From the NCBI RefSeq assembly GCF_004010195.1, contig NC_057720.1:7615117-7679116 (forward strand): a stretch of 64,000 nt of DNA, given 5' to 3'. This document shows positions 34,634 through 48,999 of this stretch, piece after piece. Below the pieces are notes generated by a model. It saw only the letters and a list, made by a program, of their open reading frames with translations. It was not told where the DNA came from and did not search any database. Source of the DNA: Chiloscyllium plagiosum. Taxonomy: Eukaryota. Numbering within the stretch: position 1 is the first letter of the stretch; each line of letters opens with the position of its first letter. Made by a program: the position numbers and the translations under genes.

Positions 34634-35569
34634 TTGTTTCAATTGTACATCTATAAACATCTCTGTGACATCTTTATAGAATCAAATATCACTTTACAAT
34701 TTCTTGTACAAGATCACAGTTTGCATAGTCACTTACTCTAACATTTCATTGACGGACTGACTGCTGTGTCGGAACGTGTTCAACCTGACGGGTTTGAGTT
34801 TGTTTTGTGAAAGTTAGAGGTGATGCTGTGGATGAAAAGCAACATCAGAGAAGTGATGCAAATCCGAAATGGAAACTTCAAAAATAAACCAGTGACGAGG
34901 AGAGAGAAAAGGCAGGTTTAACCCTGTGTGAGATGGACTCAGCACCTGATCTGAAGCATTAGGCTGCTATTAGTTTTGATCAACCTGTTCAGAGGTATTT
35001 GAACAAACAGGACTGGAACTCAGGCCTCCTGGTGCAGAGCTAGAGATATTACTATCATGCCACAAGACCCCCCCCCCCCATTAGAATACCTTGCTTTCAA
35101 TGTTTTTAACATGTTACTGCTTGAAATAAATTTCATTCTCCATTATGTTATTAGAGATATTTTTCAAACAATGTCTTTTGAGATGTTATTGCACACTCTA
35201 TAAGAACATAAGAACTAGGAGCAGGAGTAGGCCATCTAGCCCCTCGAGCCTGCTCTGCCATTCAATCAGATCATGGCTGATCTTTTCATGGACTCAGCTC
35301 CAATTACCTCAGGAGGAGGTAGGACTTGAACCCAGGCCTTTTGGCGGAGAAAAATCAATTTCAAGTTTGTTTCAACGAGCGTTTTCAGGTGTGTGCAGAA
35401 ATTGGCGATACTGGGGCTTGCTGTTCTCACAGCAAAGAAGTTTGAGATCAGATTTAATGAAAGAGTTTTCAACCCCCAGTAAAGCAGGAACATTGTTAGA
35501 TGAGTATACCAGAAGCCAGAAGAATAATCTGGAATTGCAAACTTCAATCCCATTGCCCGGAGCGATTTA

Positions 35570-36135
35570 AACTTAATTAATACATCTGAAATACAATGGC
35601 AATCTCATGATGACCATGAAATTGCCAGATAATGACATCTTAAAAAACCAAAATGATTAAATTAGTTTCCTTTACGGCAAGAAATCTGTCTTTCTTCCCA
35701 GCGTCTGGCCCACATGCAACTCCAGACCCATAGAAATGTCAATGGGATGAATGTAGGAACAGAAGTAGGCCATTCAGCCCATTGAGTCTGCTCCTTCATT
35801 CTATGACATCACGGCTGATCTGATCATCCCCAGTGCCCTGGAGAGGCAAAGGCCTACTGGCATTATCACTAGACTCTCGACACAGAAAATGTCTGGGAGG
35901 CTGGGCTTGAATTCTGCCATGGCAGATGGTGGAATTTGAATTTGATCAAAAATCTAGAAGTAAGAGTCTAATGATGACCATGAATCCATTGCTGCTTGTT
36001 GGGAAAAACGTCATCTCTCATGACCATGTCATGCTCCAGGACAGAAAAGCTGGGGAAGAAATACACAACGTGGACAGCAGCAGCTCACAGAGGTGTTCTT
36101 AGTAAATTACAGATGGATGATTGATTTTGGCTTTG
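35570..36135 (+). mobile_element. SINE family B fragments with a short CR1 3' piece
   Basis: GCAGATGGTGGAATTTGAATT...AAGAGTCTAATGATGACCATGAA body. Confidence 0.55.
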
Positions 36136-36296
36136 CCTAGTTCATGACTGAATAGCAGAAAATGGAGAAACCAGCAAAGAGGTTGATAATTTAAGGGAAT
36201 CCAGGTTTAAGATAACTGGCAGAACATTCAAAGAGGGGAGACAAGTGGAGAAAGAGGCGACAGTGAATTATGATCTGAAATGCATTGCCTGAAAAA

Positions 36297-36636
36297 GGAT
36301 CATAGGATCCCTACACTGTGGAAACAGGTCATTTGGACAATTGAGTCCACGCAGACCCTCAGTGCATCTTACCCAGCCACCTCACCCTACCCCATCCCTG
36401 CATTCTCTATGGCTAACCTACCCACCCTGCACACTATGGGCAATTTAGCATGGCCAATCCACCTAACCAGCACATGTTTGGACTGTCAGAGAGAAATCAG
36501 AATACTTGAAGGAAGCCCACACAAACATGGGAAGAATGGGCAAACTCCACACAGACAGTCACCCAAGGCTGGATTTGAACCCAGGTCTCTGGTACTGTGA
36601 GGTAGCAGTGCTAACCACTGAGCCACCACACCGCCC
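36297..36636 (-). mobile_element. HE1/V-SINE-like SINE
   Basis: Reverse-strand GGTGGCTCAGTGGTTAGCACTGC head and V-domain. Confidence 0.85.
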
Positions 36637-37489
36637 CATGGAAGGCAATTTTATTTTTAAAAGAAACTTTCAAAGCAGATTTGGAAGAGATATTTGCAAG
36701 GGTGTGGAGAAAGGTGATGGAATAGTAGATGGTGGTAATATCCATTGACTCATAATCCAGAGGCCTAGGTGAATGCTTTGAGGGCTTGGGTTCGAATCCC
36801 AATGATTGTAGCTGGTGCAATTTGAATTCATTTCTGTTCCGAAGAAGGGAATATGAACTTGAATCATTGACCCTGTTTTTTTTCTCTACAGATGCTGCCA
36901 GACCTGCTGAGCTTCTCCAGCAGTTTCTATTTTAGTTTCCTCAAAAGTAAGTGCATGAACAAAAAGGAAAGAGAAAAAGAAACAATGATTGCAAATCAAC
37001 AATATTTCTGCAGAACAGCTTTCCACTCAAACTCGTTTGCATTTTGACTTGTTGATTTTACTTAGGAACATGTCTCACTTTTATAGAACAGCAGAAGAAT
37101 GACAACATCAGAAGCGACTATTTGGCCCACTGTATCCATGCCAATTCTATACCTGAGGAAGTTCTCACCTCCCTGTCTTTTCTTCACAACCCTGCAAATG
37201 TTTCCTCATCAAAACAGAGGACCAGCAATATGGCAAACTACTTCAGATGTACTGTTACAATATTTACTGCGGAGTTTCCCCAGCATTTTTTGTTTTAATT
37301 CCAGATTATCACTGCTTCGTATTTCAAAGATGTCTGGACATCATGGCATTTTACATCCAGGCAAGAAGCCACTCTCATTTCAATTTATTTGGTTTGAATT
37401 TGGTTCCGTTTGAAGAACTAAACATCCTGATGCAATGAAGTACAAGTCAATTTTAGAAACAAAGAATGCTAGAAAGAGCAGGGGACTCT

Positions 37490-38090
37490 GCCAGTGGGAC
37501 AGTGGATGCCCCTGCAACCACACGAGGTGTAAAACCTACTCCCATACCTTCCCCTCACCTCCACCTAAGACCCCAAAGGATCCTTCCACATCCGGGAGAG
37601 ATTTTCCTGCACATCCACAAATCTCATTTACTGTGTCTGTTGCTCTCAATGTGGTCACCATTATATTGGGGAGACAGGACACCAACTCATGGAACGTTTC
37701 AGGGAACATCTCAAAGACACGCTCACCAAACAACCCCACTGCCCTGTGGCCAACCACTTCAACTCTCCCCTCCCAATACACCAAGGATATGAGAGTCCTG
37801 GGCCTCTTCCACCGCCAAATCCAAACCACCCAACGACTGGAGGAATAACACCTCATCTTCTGCCTTGGGACCCTCCAACCATACGGGATCAACGTTGGCT
37901 TTACCAGTTTCCTCATCTCCCCTCCCACCACCTCATCCCAGGTCCAACCCTCCAACTCAGCACCGTCCTCTTGAACTGGGCCTCTCCCCCCCACATTCCT
38001 GATGAAGGGCTAATACTTGAAATATCGACTCTCCAGCTTCTCCGATGCTGCCTGACCGGGCTGTGCTTTTCCAGCACTACACATTTTGAC
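37490..38090 (+). mobile_element. Penelope-like (Neptune-type) element 3' fragment: Cys-rich linker, GIY-YIG and family A terminus
   Basis: CPCNHTRCKT...PKGSFHIRERFSCTSTNLIYCVCCSQCGHHYIGETGHQLMERFREHL...CPVANHFNS (frameshifted), followed by CCTGATGAAGGGCTAATACTTGAAATATCGACTCTCC at ~37998. Confidence 0.85.
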
Positions 38091-38459
38091 AATGGATTCA
38101 AGCTGAGCAATCAATAGCGAGAAAAAATTCAGAAGCACATTTGAAGAGCTATTAGGTTCTGTGAATTCAAGAGCAGCACTACTTCTTAATTGTTGAAAGA
38201 GAACTTTTATATTAATACAGTGCTCCAAAGAGAAGCAGTGCAGCTTTGAGAATGCCAAATTAATGGAGGGACATTTAAAACTGTACACATGAAAATCACA
38301 GTCTGTAACAGTGAAAAAAAAAGCAGTTTAACAAGTGTGAAACGCCTGATTTTAATTGCAAGCAGCATAATTGCGAGCTTAATATGTTTGCCATGTACTT
38401 CGTTTCCAAAGAAGAAGGAAAAAAAACAGCATTTACGTAAGATCTTTTTAAATATTTGC

Positions 38460-39120
38460 TCAAGGAACGTGTACATTGCTGGCTAGGTCAGCATTTGTTG
38501 CTCATCCCTAATTTTCCCAAAGGGCAGTCCACTGGTTCAGTGATAACAGTACCAGGCAGCCAAGTTCAATTCCACAGCAGTCTGTGTGGAGTTTGCATGT
38601 TTTCCCCGTGTCTGCGTGGGTCCCCTCTGGGTGCTCTGGTTTCCTCCCACAGTCCAAAGATGCACAGGTTATATGGGTAAGCCATGAGAAATGTACGTTA
38701 TAGGGATTGGTTAGGGTGGGGGAAGTTGGGTCTGGATGGGATGCTCTTCAGAGGTTCAGTGTGGACTTGATGGGCCAAATGGCCTGCTTCCCCATTGCTC
38801 GGATTCTATGATAAGAGTCAACCGAAGGGCCTGTTTCCACACTGTAGGGAAACTAAACAAAAACACGTTGCTATACTTCTGGAGTCACATGTCGGTCAGA
38901 TCTGATAGAGGTGGCATATCCCCTTTCCTAAGGGACAATAATAAACCAGTTAAGTTTGTTCCTTTTTAATGACAATTACCAATGGCTTTGTTCAAGTCAG
39001 CATCAAACTTAACGTTCACCATCTATCATGGTCGAATCTGTACTCACAACTTCAGAACTATTGGCTGGAACACTGCATTACTGGCTCAGTGACAATACAA
39101 CAGTACCACAATATCAGCCC
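38460..39120. mobile_element. SINE-B (-) interrupted by an HE1 SINE (+, 38545-38850)
   Basis: V-domain CTGTGTGGAGTTTGCATGTTTTCCCCGTGTCTGCGTGGG lies between two SINE-B halves. Confidence 0.65.
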
Positions 39121-39164
39121 CTTTCCACACACTCTTAACTAACCTAATGCCAATGAAGTATGTA

Positions 39165-39640
39165 GGAAAGATGTTGTGAAACTTGAAAGGGTTCAGAAAA
39201 GATTTACAAGGATGTTGCCGGGGTTGGAGGGTTTGAGCTATAGGGAGAGGCTGAATAGACTGGAGCATCGGAGGGTGAGGGGTGACCTAATGAGGTTTAC
39301 AAAAACATGAGGGGAATGGATAGGATAAACAGACAAGTTCTTTTTCTCAGGGCGGTTGTCTTCAAAACTAGAGGGCACAGCTTTAAGATGAGGAAGGAAC
39401 GATTTAAAAGGGGCAACATTTTCACACAGAGGGTGATGTGTGTATGGAATGAGCTGCCAGAGGAAGTGGTGGAGGCTGGTACAACTACAACATTTTAAAG
39501 GCATCTGGATGGGTATATGAATAGAAAGGATTTAGAGGGATATGGCCCAATTGCTGACAAATGGGATTAGATTAATTTAGGATATTTGCTCGGCATGTAC
39601 AGGCTGGACCATTTTCATGTCGTACACCTCTTTGACTGTA
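39165..39640 (+). mobile_element. CR1 LINE 3' fragment
   Basis: ORF 39307-39498 TRGHSFKM...IFTQRVMCVWNELPEEVVEAGT. Confidence 0.85.
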
Positions 39641-39809
39641 AGTGCTTTTGAAACGAGTACCAGTTGTAACTTAGGAAATGCCATAGGCAGTTTTGAGCAC
39701 AGGAAGATCTTATGAAGTTAATGATATAAGTAACTAGATATTGGTTCCTTTGAAATTGTATCAGGCCGAACAGAGAGAGTGAGAGATAGAGAGAGAGAGA
39801 CAGGAGGTT

Positions 39810-42717
39810 CAGAGGAATAAGGTCAGAAATAAGGTTTCAAGGTCACAAGAGTGCACCTGCAAGCAGTAAGGTGTTTTGAAGTGTATCTACTTCAACGTCA
39901 GGAGCACCCATGAGGTGAGTGAACTTGCAGCATGGGTTGGTACCTGGGAGTTTGATGTTGTGGCCATTTGGGAGACATGGATAGATCAGGGACAGGAATG
40001 GTTGTTGAAGATTCCACCATTTAGATGTTTCAGTAAGAACAGAGATGATGGTAAAAGGGGGGGGGAGGTGTGGCATTGTTAGTCAAGAAGACTATTACGG
40101 GGGCAGAAAGGATGTTTGAGGACTCGTCTATTGAGGTAGTATGGGCTGATGGTAGAAACAGAAAAGGAGAGGTCACCCTGTTGGGAGTTTTCTGTAGGCC
40201 TCCGAATAGTTCCAGGGATGTAGAGAAAAGGATAGCAAAGATGATTCTCGATAGGAGCAAGAGTAACAGGGTAGTTGTTATGGGGGCTTTAACTTTTCAA
40301 ATATTGACTGGAAATACTATAGTTGGAGTACTTTAGATAGGTCAGTTTTTGTCCAATGTGTGCAGGACGGTTTCCTGACACAATATGTATACAGGTCAAC
40401 AAGGGGTGAGGCCACACTGGATTTGGTACTGGGTAATGAACCTGGCCAGGTGTTAGATTTGGTGGGAGGTGAGTACTTTGGTGATAGTGACCACAATTCA
40501 GTTATGGTTACATTAGCGGTGGAAAAGGATAGGTATATACCACAGGGCAAGATCTATAGATGGGGGAAAAGGCAATTATGATGTGATTAAGCAAGATTTA
40601 GGATGCATAGGATGGGGAAGGAAACAGCAGGGGATGGGCAGAATTGAAATGTGGAGCTTATTCAAGGAACAGCTACTGCGTGTCCTTAATATGTATATAT
40701 CTATCAGTCAGGGAAGAAGTGTTCGATCGAGGGAGCCATGGTTTACTAAAGAAGTTGAATCTCTTGTCAAGGTGAAGAAGAAGGCTTATGTTAGGATGAG
40801 ATGTGAAGGTTCAGTTAGGGCACTTGAGTGTTGCAGGTTAGCCAGGAAAGACCTAAAGAGAGAGCTGAGAAGAACCAGGAGGGGACATAAGAAGTCGTTG
40901 GCAGATAGGATCAAGGGAATCCTAAAGCTTTCTATAGGCATATTAGGAATAATAGAATGATGGGAGTAAGATTAGTGCCAATCAAGGATAGTAGTGGGAA
41001 GTTGTGCGTGGAGTCTGAGAAGATTGGGGAAGTGCTAAATGAATATTTTTCCTCAATATTCACTCTAGAAAAAGACAACTTTGTCGAGGAGAATACTGAG
41101 ATACAGGTTACTAGACTAGATGGAATTGAGGTTCACAAGGAGGAGATTTTAACAATTTTGGAAAGTGTGAAAATAGGTATGTCCCCTGGGCCGAATGGGA
41201 TTTAACCCAGGGTTCTCTGGGAAGCCAGGGAGGAGATTGCAAAGCCCTTGGCTTTGATTTTTATGTCGTCATTGTCTACAGGATAGTGCCAGAAGACTAG
41301 AGGATAGCAAATGTTTTTCCCTTGTACAAGAAGGGGAGGAGAGACAACCCTGTTAATTATAGACCAGTGAGCCTTACTTCAGTTATGGGTAAAATGTTGG
41401 AAAGGTTATAAGAGATAGGATTTACAATCATCTAGAGAAAAATAAATTGATTAGGGATAGTCAATACAGTTTTGGGAAAGGTAGGTCATGCACACAAACC
41501 TTATTGAGTTTTTTGAGAAGGTGACCAAACAGGTGGATGAGGGTAAAGCAGTTGATGTGGTGTATATGGATTTCAATCAGGTGTTTGATAAGCATCCCCA
41601 CAGTAGGCTATTGCACAAAATACAGAGGCATGGGATCGAGGGTGATTTAGCGGTTTTGATCAGATATTGACTAGCTGAAAGAAGACAGAGGGTGGCGATT
41701 GATGGGAAACATTCATCCTGGAGTTCAGTTACTAGTGGTGTACTGCAAGGACTTGTTTTGGGGCCAATGCTGTTTGTCATTTTTATAAATGACCTGGATG
41801 AGGGCGTAGAAGAATGGGTTGGTAAATTTGCAGATGATACTAAGGTCGATGGAGTTGTGGATAGTGCCGAAGGATGTTGCAGGTTACAGAGGGACATAGA
41901 TAAGCTGCAGAGCAGGGTTGAGAGGTAGCAAATGGAGTTTATTGCGGAAAAGTGTGAGGTGATTCACTTTGGAACGAGCAACAGGAATAAACAGTACTGG
42001 GCTAGATTCTTGATCGTGTCGATGAACAGAGAGATCCTGGTGTCCATGTACACTGATCCCGAAAATTGCCACCCAGGTTGACAGTGTTGTTAAAAAGGCA
42101 TATAGTGTGTTAGCTATTATTAGTAGAGGGATTAGGTTTCAGAGCCATGAGGTCATGTTGCAGCTGTACAAAACTCTGGTGCGGCCGCATTTGGAGTATT
42201 GTGTGCAGTTCTGGTCACCGCATTATGGGAAGGATGTGGAAGCATTGGAAAGGGTGCAGAGGAGATTTACTAGGATGCTGTCTAGTATGGAGGGAAGGTC
42301 TTATGAGGAAAGGCTGAGGGACTTGAGCCTGCTTTTGTTACAGAGACAATGATTGAGAGGTGACTTAATTGAGATATATAAGATAACCAGAGGCTTAGAG
42401 AGGGTGGACAGTGAGAGCCTTTTTCCTTAGATGGTGATGGCTAGCACGAGGGGGCATAGCTCTAAATTGAGGGGTGATAGATATAGGACAGATGTCAGAT
42501 ATAGTTTCTTTACTCAGAGAGTAGTGGGGCGTGAAACACACTGCCTGCAACAATAGTAGACTCACCAACTTTAAGGGCATTTAAATGGTCATTGGATAGA
42601 CATATGTATGAAAATGGAATAGTGTCAGATAGATGGGTTTCAGAGTGGTTTCACAGGTCGGTGCAACATCGAGGGCTGAAGGGCCTGTACTGTGCTGTAA
42701 TGTTCTATGTTCTATGT
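39810..42717 (+). pseudogene. Decayed CR1 LINE with near-complete ORF2 (APE endonuclease + reverse transcriptase)
   Basis: KCIYFNVRS...FDVVAIWETW, LDLVLGNEP...GDSDH, NLIEFFEKVT...VDVVYMDF, GVLQGLVLGPMLFVIFINDLD...KFADDTK, RPHLEYCVQFWSPHY. Many stops and frameshifts; (TTCTATG)n tail. Confidence 0.95.
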
Positions 42718-42914
42718 ATCTCGCTTTTCACCAAAATCAATGACATAATTCTTATTCAAAAGTGACGCCGACTGAGGGATAACCAGGGAAAACGCCCCTG
42801 CATTTCTTCACAGTCAAACTACACAATCCTTGACATCTACCTGAGAAGGCAGATTACTGCATTCTCAACAGTCCACTAATTAAAACCTTCATCTTGTACA
42901 TCAGACAGCAGCAA

Positions 42915-43357
42915 GCCTCAAACGGTCATGAATCTGTGGAATCACTACCCCAAAATGCAGTGGATGCTGGGACACTGAATAAATTTGAGGAGGAGATGGC
43001 CAGATATTTAAATAGTATTGGGTTGAAGGGATATGGGGAGCGGGCAGGAAAGTGGAGTTGAGGCTGAGATGAGATCAGCCAGGATTGTACCAAATGGCAG
43101 AGCAGGCTTAAAGGGCTGAATTGAAAAATGTGTTGCTGAAAAAGCGCAGCAGGTCAGACAGCATCCAAGGAGCAGGAGAATCGACATTTCGGGCATAAGC
43201 CCTTCTTCAGGAATCCTTCTCCTGCTCCTTGGATGCTGCCTGACCTGCTGCGCTTTTCCAGCAACACATTTTTCAGCTCTGATCTCCAGCATCTGCAGTC
43301 CTCACTTTCTCCTAGTTGAAGGGCTGAATGGCCTCCTCTACCTCCTAGTTCTTATGA
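42915..43357 (+). mobile_element. CR1 3' end with a family A insert (43122-43313)
   Basis: The insert is flanked by AAGGGCTGAAT at 43111-43121 and 43319-43329. Confidence 0.8.
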
Positions 43358-44729
43358 TCTTATTGGCCAGTGATTTCTGTAAAGCAAAAGGAGGCAGTGC
43401 TTCCATGGAACTTTCTGGAGACATGTACATATCACAATTACAGATCAAAATGAGGCACTTTTACTCAACATCGTCTTGTACCTTATTTTCAGTAAACTGG
43501 AGGGAATATTCTGATTTTACCAGGTCAAATGACTTGGGGACTCACCAACACCCATGCTTTATGACATGATGGCATCAATCCATTTCTGTCCTGCTCTCAG
43601 TATCTGGCAATAAGCGAAATGTTTCCTATTTCTGATGCCTTGTGATTGCAGGACAGTTTAAATTGGTTGGGTTACTGGCATTGATCCCAATGCTTGGTGT
43701 CCCAGGAGATCCAGCTTCCTTGCACTAGACTGACTGCTTTGGGATTAAGCTACTTTTAGCTTGCGTGGTCTGGGAAAAGTTTCATTTCAGCCACGGTTCA
43801 TTTGATAGCACATTCTGAGCCCAAAAGTGATGAGTTCAAGTCCCACTCCAGAGGCTAGATGGTAAAGGCTAAGGCCATTGTACCATGGAAGCAATGTCCA
43901 CTCTCCTTGATATCCTTGCCCATATTTTCATGGGGTTGCTTAGGGTACCAACTTAGTTTGACATGTTTGTGGAGGTTTTCACGTTGGACAATATTGTCTC
44001 CAAATATCGTGCCCAATTAAGTAGCCTTTTCCCATTTCCAGCAATCTTCCCTTATCGCTAATTCATTAGAGTGCTCAAAGAAACTGAAACTTCTAATATC
44101 TGTAATACCTGAATGATGCTTCCCCTGGAAGTTAACCCTCTATGTTGTAGACTTCATGATGTAGAGATCTTATGTTATAGACCTCATCACGTACAGTCAT
44201 GTCTAGTCACTATACATAATTATATCATGTATAATCCATGATGTTGGACTATAACCTGGTGTTGTGTGGCTTCTGACATTGTACACCTCAGACCAATCCT
44301 GGAAGAGTTGCGTTGTGCCTGTCTTATAGAACATAGAACACAGCACAGGACAGTCCCTTCGCCCCTTGATGTTGTGCCGACCTTGGATCATAGCTTAACA
44401 TTTGAGTTTCAAGATCTAAACCAAATGTTTAACATCAATGCGTAACGTAAAGTTTTAGTGATAACTATGTTAGTGACACGGATGAATGGACGGACTACAT
44501 TGTATCAAAATTTGCTAACCATATCAAGATGTTGGGAGGCCAATTCATAAGGTGGATACAATGAGGAATAGAAACAGGTTAATTGAGTGGCAAAGATTTG
44601 GCAGATGAAGTATAATGTGGCAAATTTGAGATTGGACATTTTGGTAGGAAGAATTGAAAAGCATAATATTACGTAAAGGAAGAGGGACTGCAAAATGGTC
44701 TGATACAGAGGGACTCAGGTGACCGAGTA

Positions 44730-46392
44730 GTCTTCACAGTGGAAGATATGAGTAATATCTCAAAAATTCAAGATAATCGGAGGCAGAACTGAGTTTGGTG
44801 GCCCTCACCAAGGAGAAGGTGCTAGAAAAACTGAATGGCCTGAAGGTGGATAAATCACCTGGACCATGTGGATTACACCCCAAAGTTCTCAGGGAGATAG
44901 CTGAAGAGATTGTGGAGGTGATCTTTCAGGAGTCGCTGGAGTCAGGGAGGGTCCCACAGGACTCGAAAATCACTTACATGGCACCCCTGTTTAAAAAGGG
45001 AGGAATGCAAAAGACAGAAAACTGCAGGCTGATTTGCCTAACCTCGGTCTTGGGTAAGATTTTGGAGTCCATTGTAAATGACGAGATTTCTGAATACTTG
45101 GAAGTGCATGGTAAAATAGGGCAAAGTCAGCATGGTTTCATCAAGGGGAGGTCATGCCTTACAAATCTGCTAGAATTCATTCTGGAGATAATGAGCAGGT
45201 GAGACCAAGGAGAGCCAATGGATCCGATCTATCTGGATAAAGTGCCACACAGGAGGCTGCTGAGTAAGATAAGAACCCATGGTGTTCGAGGCAAGGTTTT
45301 AGCATGGATAGAAGCTTGGCTGCTTGGCAGAAAGTAGACAGTAGGGAGAAAAGAGTCTTTCTCAGGATGGCAATCGGTGACAAGTGGTGTTCACAAGGGG
45401 CAGTTTGAGGATCACATCTTTTCACTTTATATATTAACGATCAGATGAAGGAACTGAGGGCATTCTGGATAAGTTTGCAGATGATACAAAGGTAGGTAGA
45501 GGGACAGATGGCATTGAGGAGGTGGACAGGCTGCAGAAGGATTTGGACAGGTTAGGGGAGTAGGCAAAGAAGTGGCAGATGGAGTACAATGTGGGAAAGT
45601 GTGAGGTCATGCACTTAGGTAGGAAGAATAGAGGCATGGACTACTTTCTACATTGTGGGAAAATTTAGGAGTCTGAAGTGAAAGGGACTTTGGAGTTCTA
45701 GTTCAGGATTTTCTCAAGGTAAACTTGGAGGTTGAGTCTGTAGTTAGGAAGGCAAATATAATGTTGGTATTTATTTTGAGAGGACTTGAATATAGAAGCA
45801 GGGATGTACTTCTGAGGCTCTATAAGGCTGTGGTCAGACCACATTTGGAGTATTGTGCACAGTTTGGGGCCCTACATCTCAGGAAGGACGTACTGGTCCT
45901 TGAGCGTATTCACAGATGTGTTCATGAGAATGGTCCCAAGATTGAAAGGCTTATCACATGAGGAATGTTTGAGGGCTCTGGGTCTATACTCAATGGAGTT
46001 TGGAAGGAAGAGGTATCTAATTGAAACGTTTAGAACACTGAATGGCCTGGACAGAGTGGACGTTGGCAAGATGTTTCCATTGGTAGGAGAGACTAGGACC
46101 CGAGGACACAGCCTTAGAGTAAAGGGAAGACCCTTTAGAATGAAGATAAGGAGAAACTTCCTCAGCCAGACAGTGGTGAATCTATGGAATTCACTGGCAC
46201 AGAAGGCTGTGGAGGCCAGATCATTGAATACAGTTACGACAGAGATATATAGGTTCTTGATTGTCAAGGGGATCAAGGGTTATAGGGACAATGCGGGGGA
46301 ATGGGTTTAATAAACTTATCAGCCATGATTGAATGATGGAACACACTCAATGGGCTGAATGGCCTAATTTCTGCTCCTACGTCTCATGGTCT
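44730..46392 (+). pseudogene. Decayed CR1 LINE, RT region to 3' end
   Basis: LKVDKSPGPCGLHPKVLRE...SQHGFIKGRSCLTNLLEF...KFADDTK...RPHLEYC...TRGHSLRVKG. It sits within an older CR1 (44430-44725, 46392-47120). Confidence 0.9.
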
Positions 46393-47149
46393 TGTACATG
46401 AATCATAAAATTGTAAGAACACAAGTTAAGTTAGGAAGTAGTTAGGAAGGCAAATGGAAGACTGGTCTTTATTCAGTGCATGCTTAGAATACTCTACCCC
46501 AGAGAGTTGTGGAGCTAGATCCGGTGGAGAGTGGAGCTATAAGGAGCTGGCACAAAAATGGAGTTGAGGTCTGGGGCAGGTCAGCCATAATCTTCTTGAA
46601 TAGGTTTGAGGGGCCAAATGGCCTTTTCCTGTTCCTATTTTTTCTATTCCTGTCCTTTTATTGCAAGGGAGTGAGAGTTTCACAGTAGAGAAGTTACTCT
46701 GTAAATATAAAGGCTATTGTTGAGATCACAGTCTTATTCCCCTTACTTAAGAATTGTAAGGAAGCAGTTCAGATAAAGTTCTCTCCATTGATCCTTGGGA
46801 TGAATACTCAGAGTTTAGAAGAATGAAGTGAGTTTTTTGAAACCTTTACGATCCTGAGGGGTCTTGACAAAATAGATGCCGAGAGAATGTTTCTGCTCAT
46901 GAGAGACCCTAGAATGGGTGGAGGGAACAGATGGGTGACACGTTCAAAATAAGTGCTTTCCCATTGAAAATGAAGATGAGGAGGAATGTTTTTTTTCGGG
47001 GGAGTCAGTAGACTTTGAATTTTTCTTACTTAACCAAAAGTGGAGGGTGATCAATGAATATATTCAAGACTGAGTTAGATAGCTGTTTGATTGAAAAGCG
47101 AAGTCAAAGCTTACATGAGGATGAGACTAGATCAGCTTTCAAAGGGAAG

Positions 47150-47490
47150 CCAGTGGCCGAGGGGGTATCCAGAGACCCAGGAAACGTTCCGGGGATCGCA
47201 GGTTCGAATCCTGCAATGGCAGTTGGTGGAATTTGAATTCAAGAAAAAAAGTGGAGTTGGGAGTCTAACGCTGACCATGGATACAATGTCGATTGTTAGG
47301 AAGTCCCATCTTGATCAGTCATGCTCTTTCGCGAGAGAAACAGCCATTTTTACCCAGTCTGGCCTACGTATGGCTCCAGAACCACAGCAATGTGATTGAC
47401 TCTTAACTGCTCTCTGGACAATTAGGGACAGACAATCAATGCTGGCCTGGCCAGTTATGCTCATATTGGGGGAATGAATAAAAAAAAATT
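47150..47490 (+). mobile_element. SINE family B
   Basis: GGTTCGAATCC B-box, body, tail GGACAATTAGGGACAGACAATCAATGCTGGCC...GAATGAATAAAAAA. Confidence 0.8.
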
Positions 47491-48999
47491 TAGGATGTCT
47501 GGTCAGTGCAGATGAGTTGGACCAAAGGGTCTGTTTCTATGCTGTATGACTCTATGACAAACGAGAAAGTGGAGTTAAGGCCATAATCAGCTGAGAAATG
47601 ATCTTAATGAATTGCAGAGCAGGTGCAAAGCTGACTAGCCTACCTAAGGTCTAATTCTTAGGTTCTTACTGGTCTTCTAATAATCAGCAATGTTAGATAA
47701 ACCAAAACACCTTTGAGTTGGTAATATCATCAAAGTTAGTTCAGGTATATTTATATTTGCGTCCGAAGCAAGGCACCTTTGATTTTTATGCTTCTTTTTG
47801 TATGAATTTCAGATATTAGTCTTTTTTTGTGAAAGCCCTAAAAATCTTCATGTGAAACAACATTCTGGAAATATCTAATTGCAATCAGTGAAGAGGATAA
47901 AAGAGTTTAAATCACGAGAAGCTTTTTTTTGGTGGGATACACAGCTGATTGCAATTTCAAAAGGATCGTTGATGGAACATTAAATGCGTGAAATCCTTTC
48001 TCCCTAACATTCTCGAAACATGAAAGGAAAGCGGCACATGACTCTGTTTCCGTCTTAGCTGATGAGAATTGAACTTGACACAAACCACCATTACTCACAT
48101 GTCCACAACAGCCACAAGAAAGAGCCAAATAACCACACACACGCGCACACAAAAGAAATCAGCGGTAGGAGCCATAACTTAACGGGAGTGTCCCCCACTA
48201 TAAAAAACTGATGGACAAGCAGAACAGTCATCATTTTTTAAAATGAACACAAGTAATGCCGAGCAGCAGTCTGAAGAAGGGCAAGTCCAGTAGGGAGATT
48301 TCGGGGTTTTTTATGAAAGTGGAGGAGAGGTTGAGGTGAATGTTTATAAGAGTCAGTGCAGGGAGTCAGGGACCTTTGTTATCCCTGGAAAAAATCAATA
48401 TTCATGATGGATCGAGTATGTGAATGAAGCTTAGCTTCATACTGGAACATACTGGGTTTAGGATGAGCAGGCAGTTGATGAGCAAAGAGGAACTGGAGGT
48501 GAAGGAGCTCATGTGCAATGGTCAATATATGAGAATATTTTCAGTCTGTGGGAAAGGATTTCAGGAAAATAACCAATTCAATGCTGTGGTCACATTTTCT
48601 TTGCCTATGCACCACTGTGGTAAATCTACTGTCCGTACTCTTAAGGACCCCTCACATTCTTAGTGAGTAGAACTGTGACGACCAGAGTTGGAGCAATGCT
48701 TGACTGTGATCCACCAAGTGCTTTCTCAAACAGAGCGTTTTGTGCAGCGTGGAGGAGATTGAGTCAGTGTGGTGGCGAGAAATTTGATGAGTTGATTTAT
48801 TGTTGTCACATGTACCTAAGTACAGTGAAACGTTTTGGTTTGCGAGCAGTACAGGCTGATAATAGCAAACAAGGATATACAGATCATAGGGTGCTAAGAC
48901 AGAGCAAGGCCTACAGGGTTACAGCTGCACAGGAGGGGCACAAAGCAAGATCAACATTGACAAGGTCAACATTATTTAAAGTTAGAGAGACCATTCATC

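Noticed and set aside
34199..34634. Cys/Val-rich ORFs of 115-130 aa on the minus strand
   Set aside because: They are translations of the CA-rich 39-bp minisatellite and are open in all three frames.
34721..34732. 12-nt match to the 5' end of miR-153 (TTGCATAGTCAC)
   Set aside because: The match stops after 12 nt and no precursor hairpin is evident.
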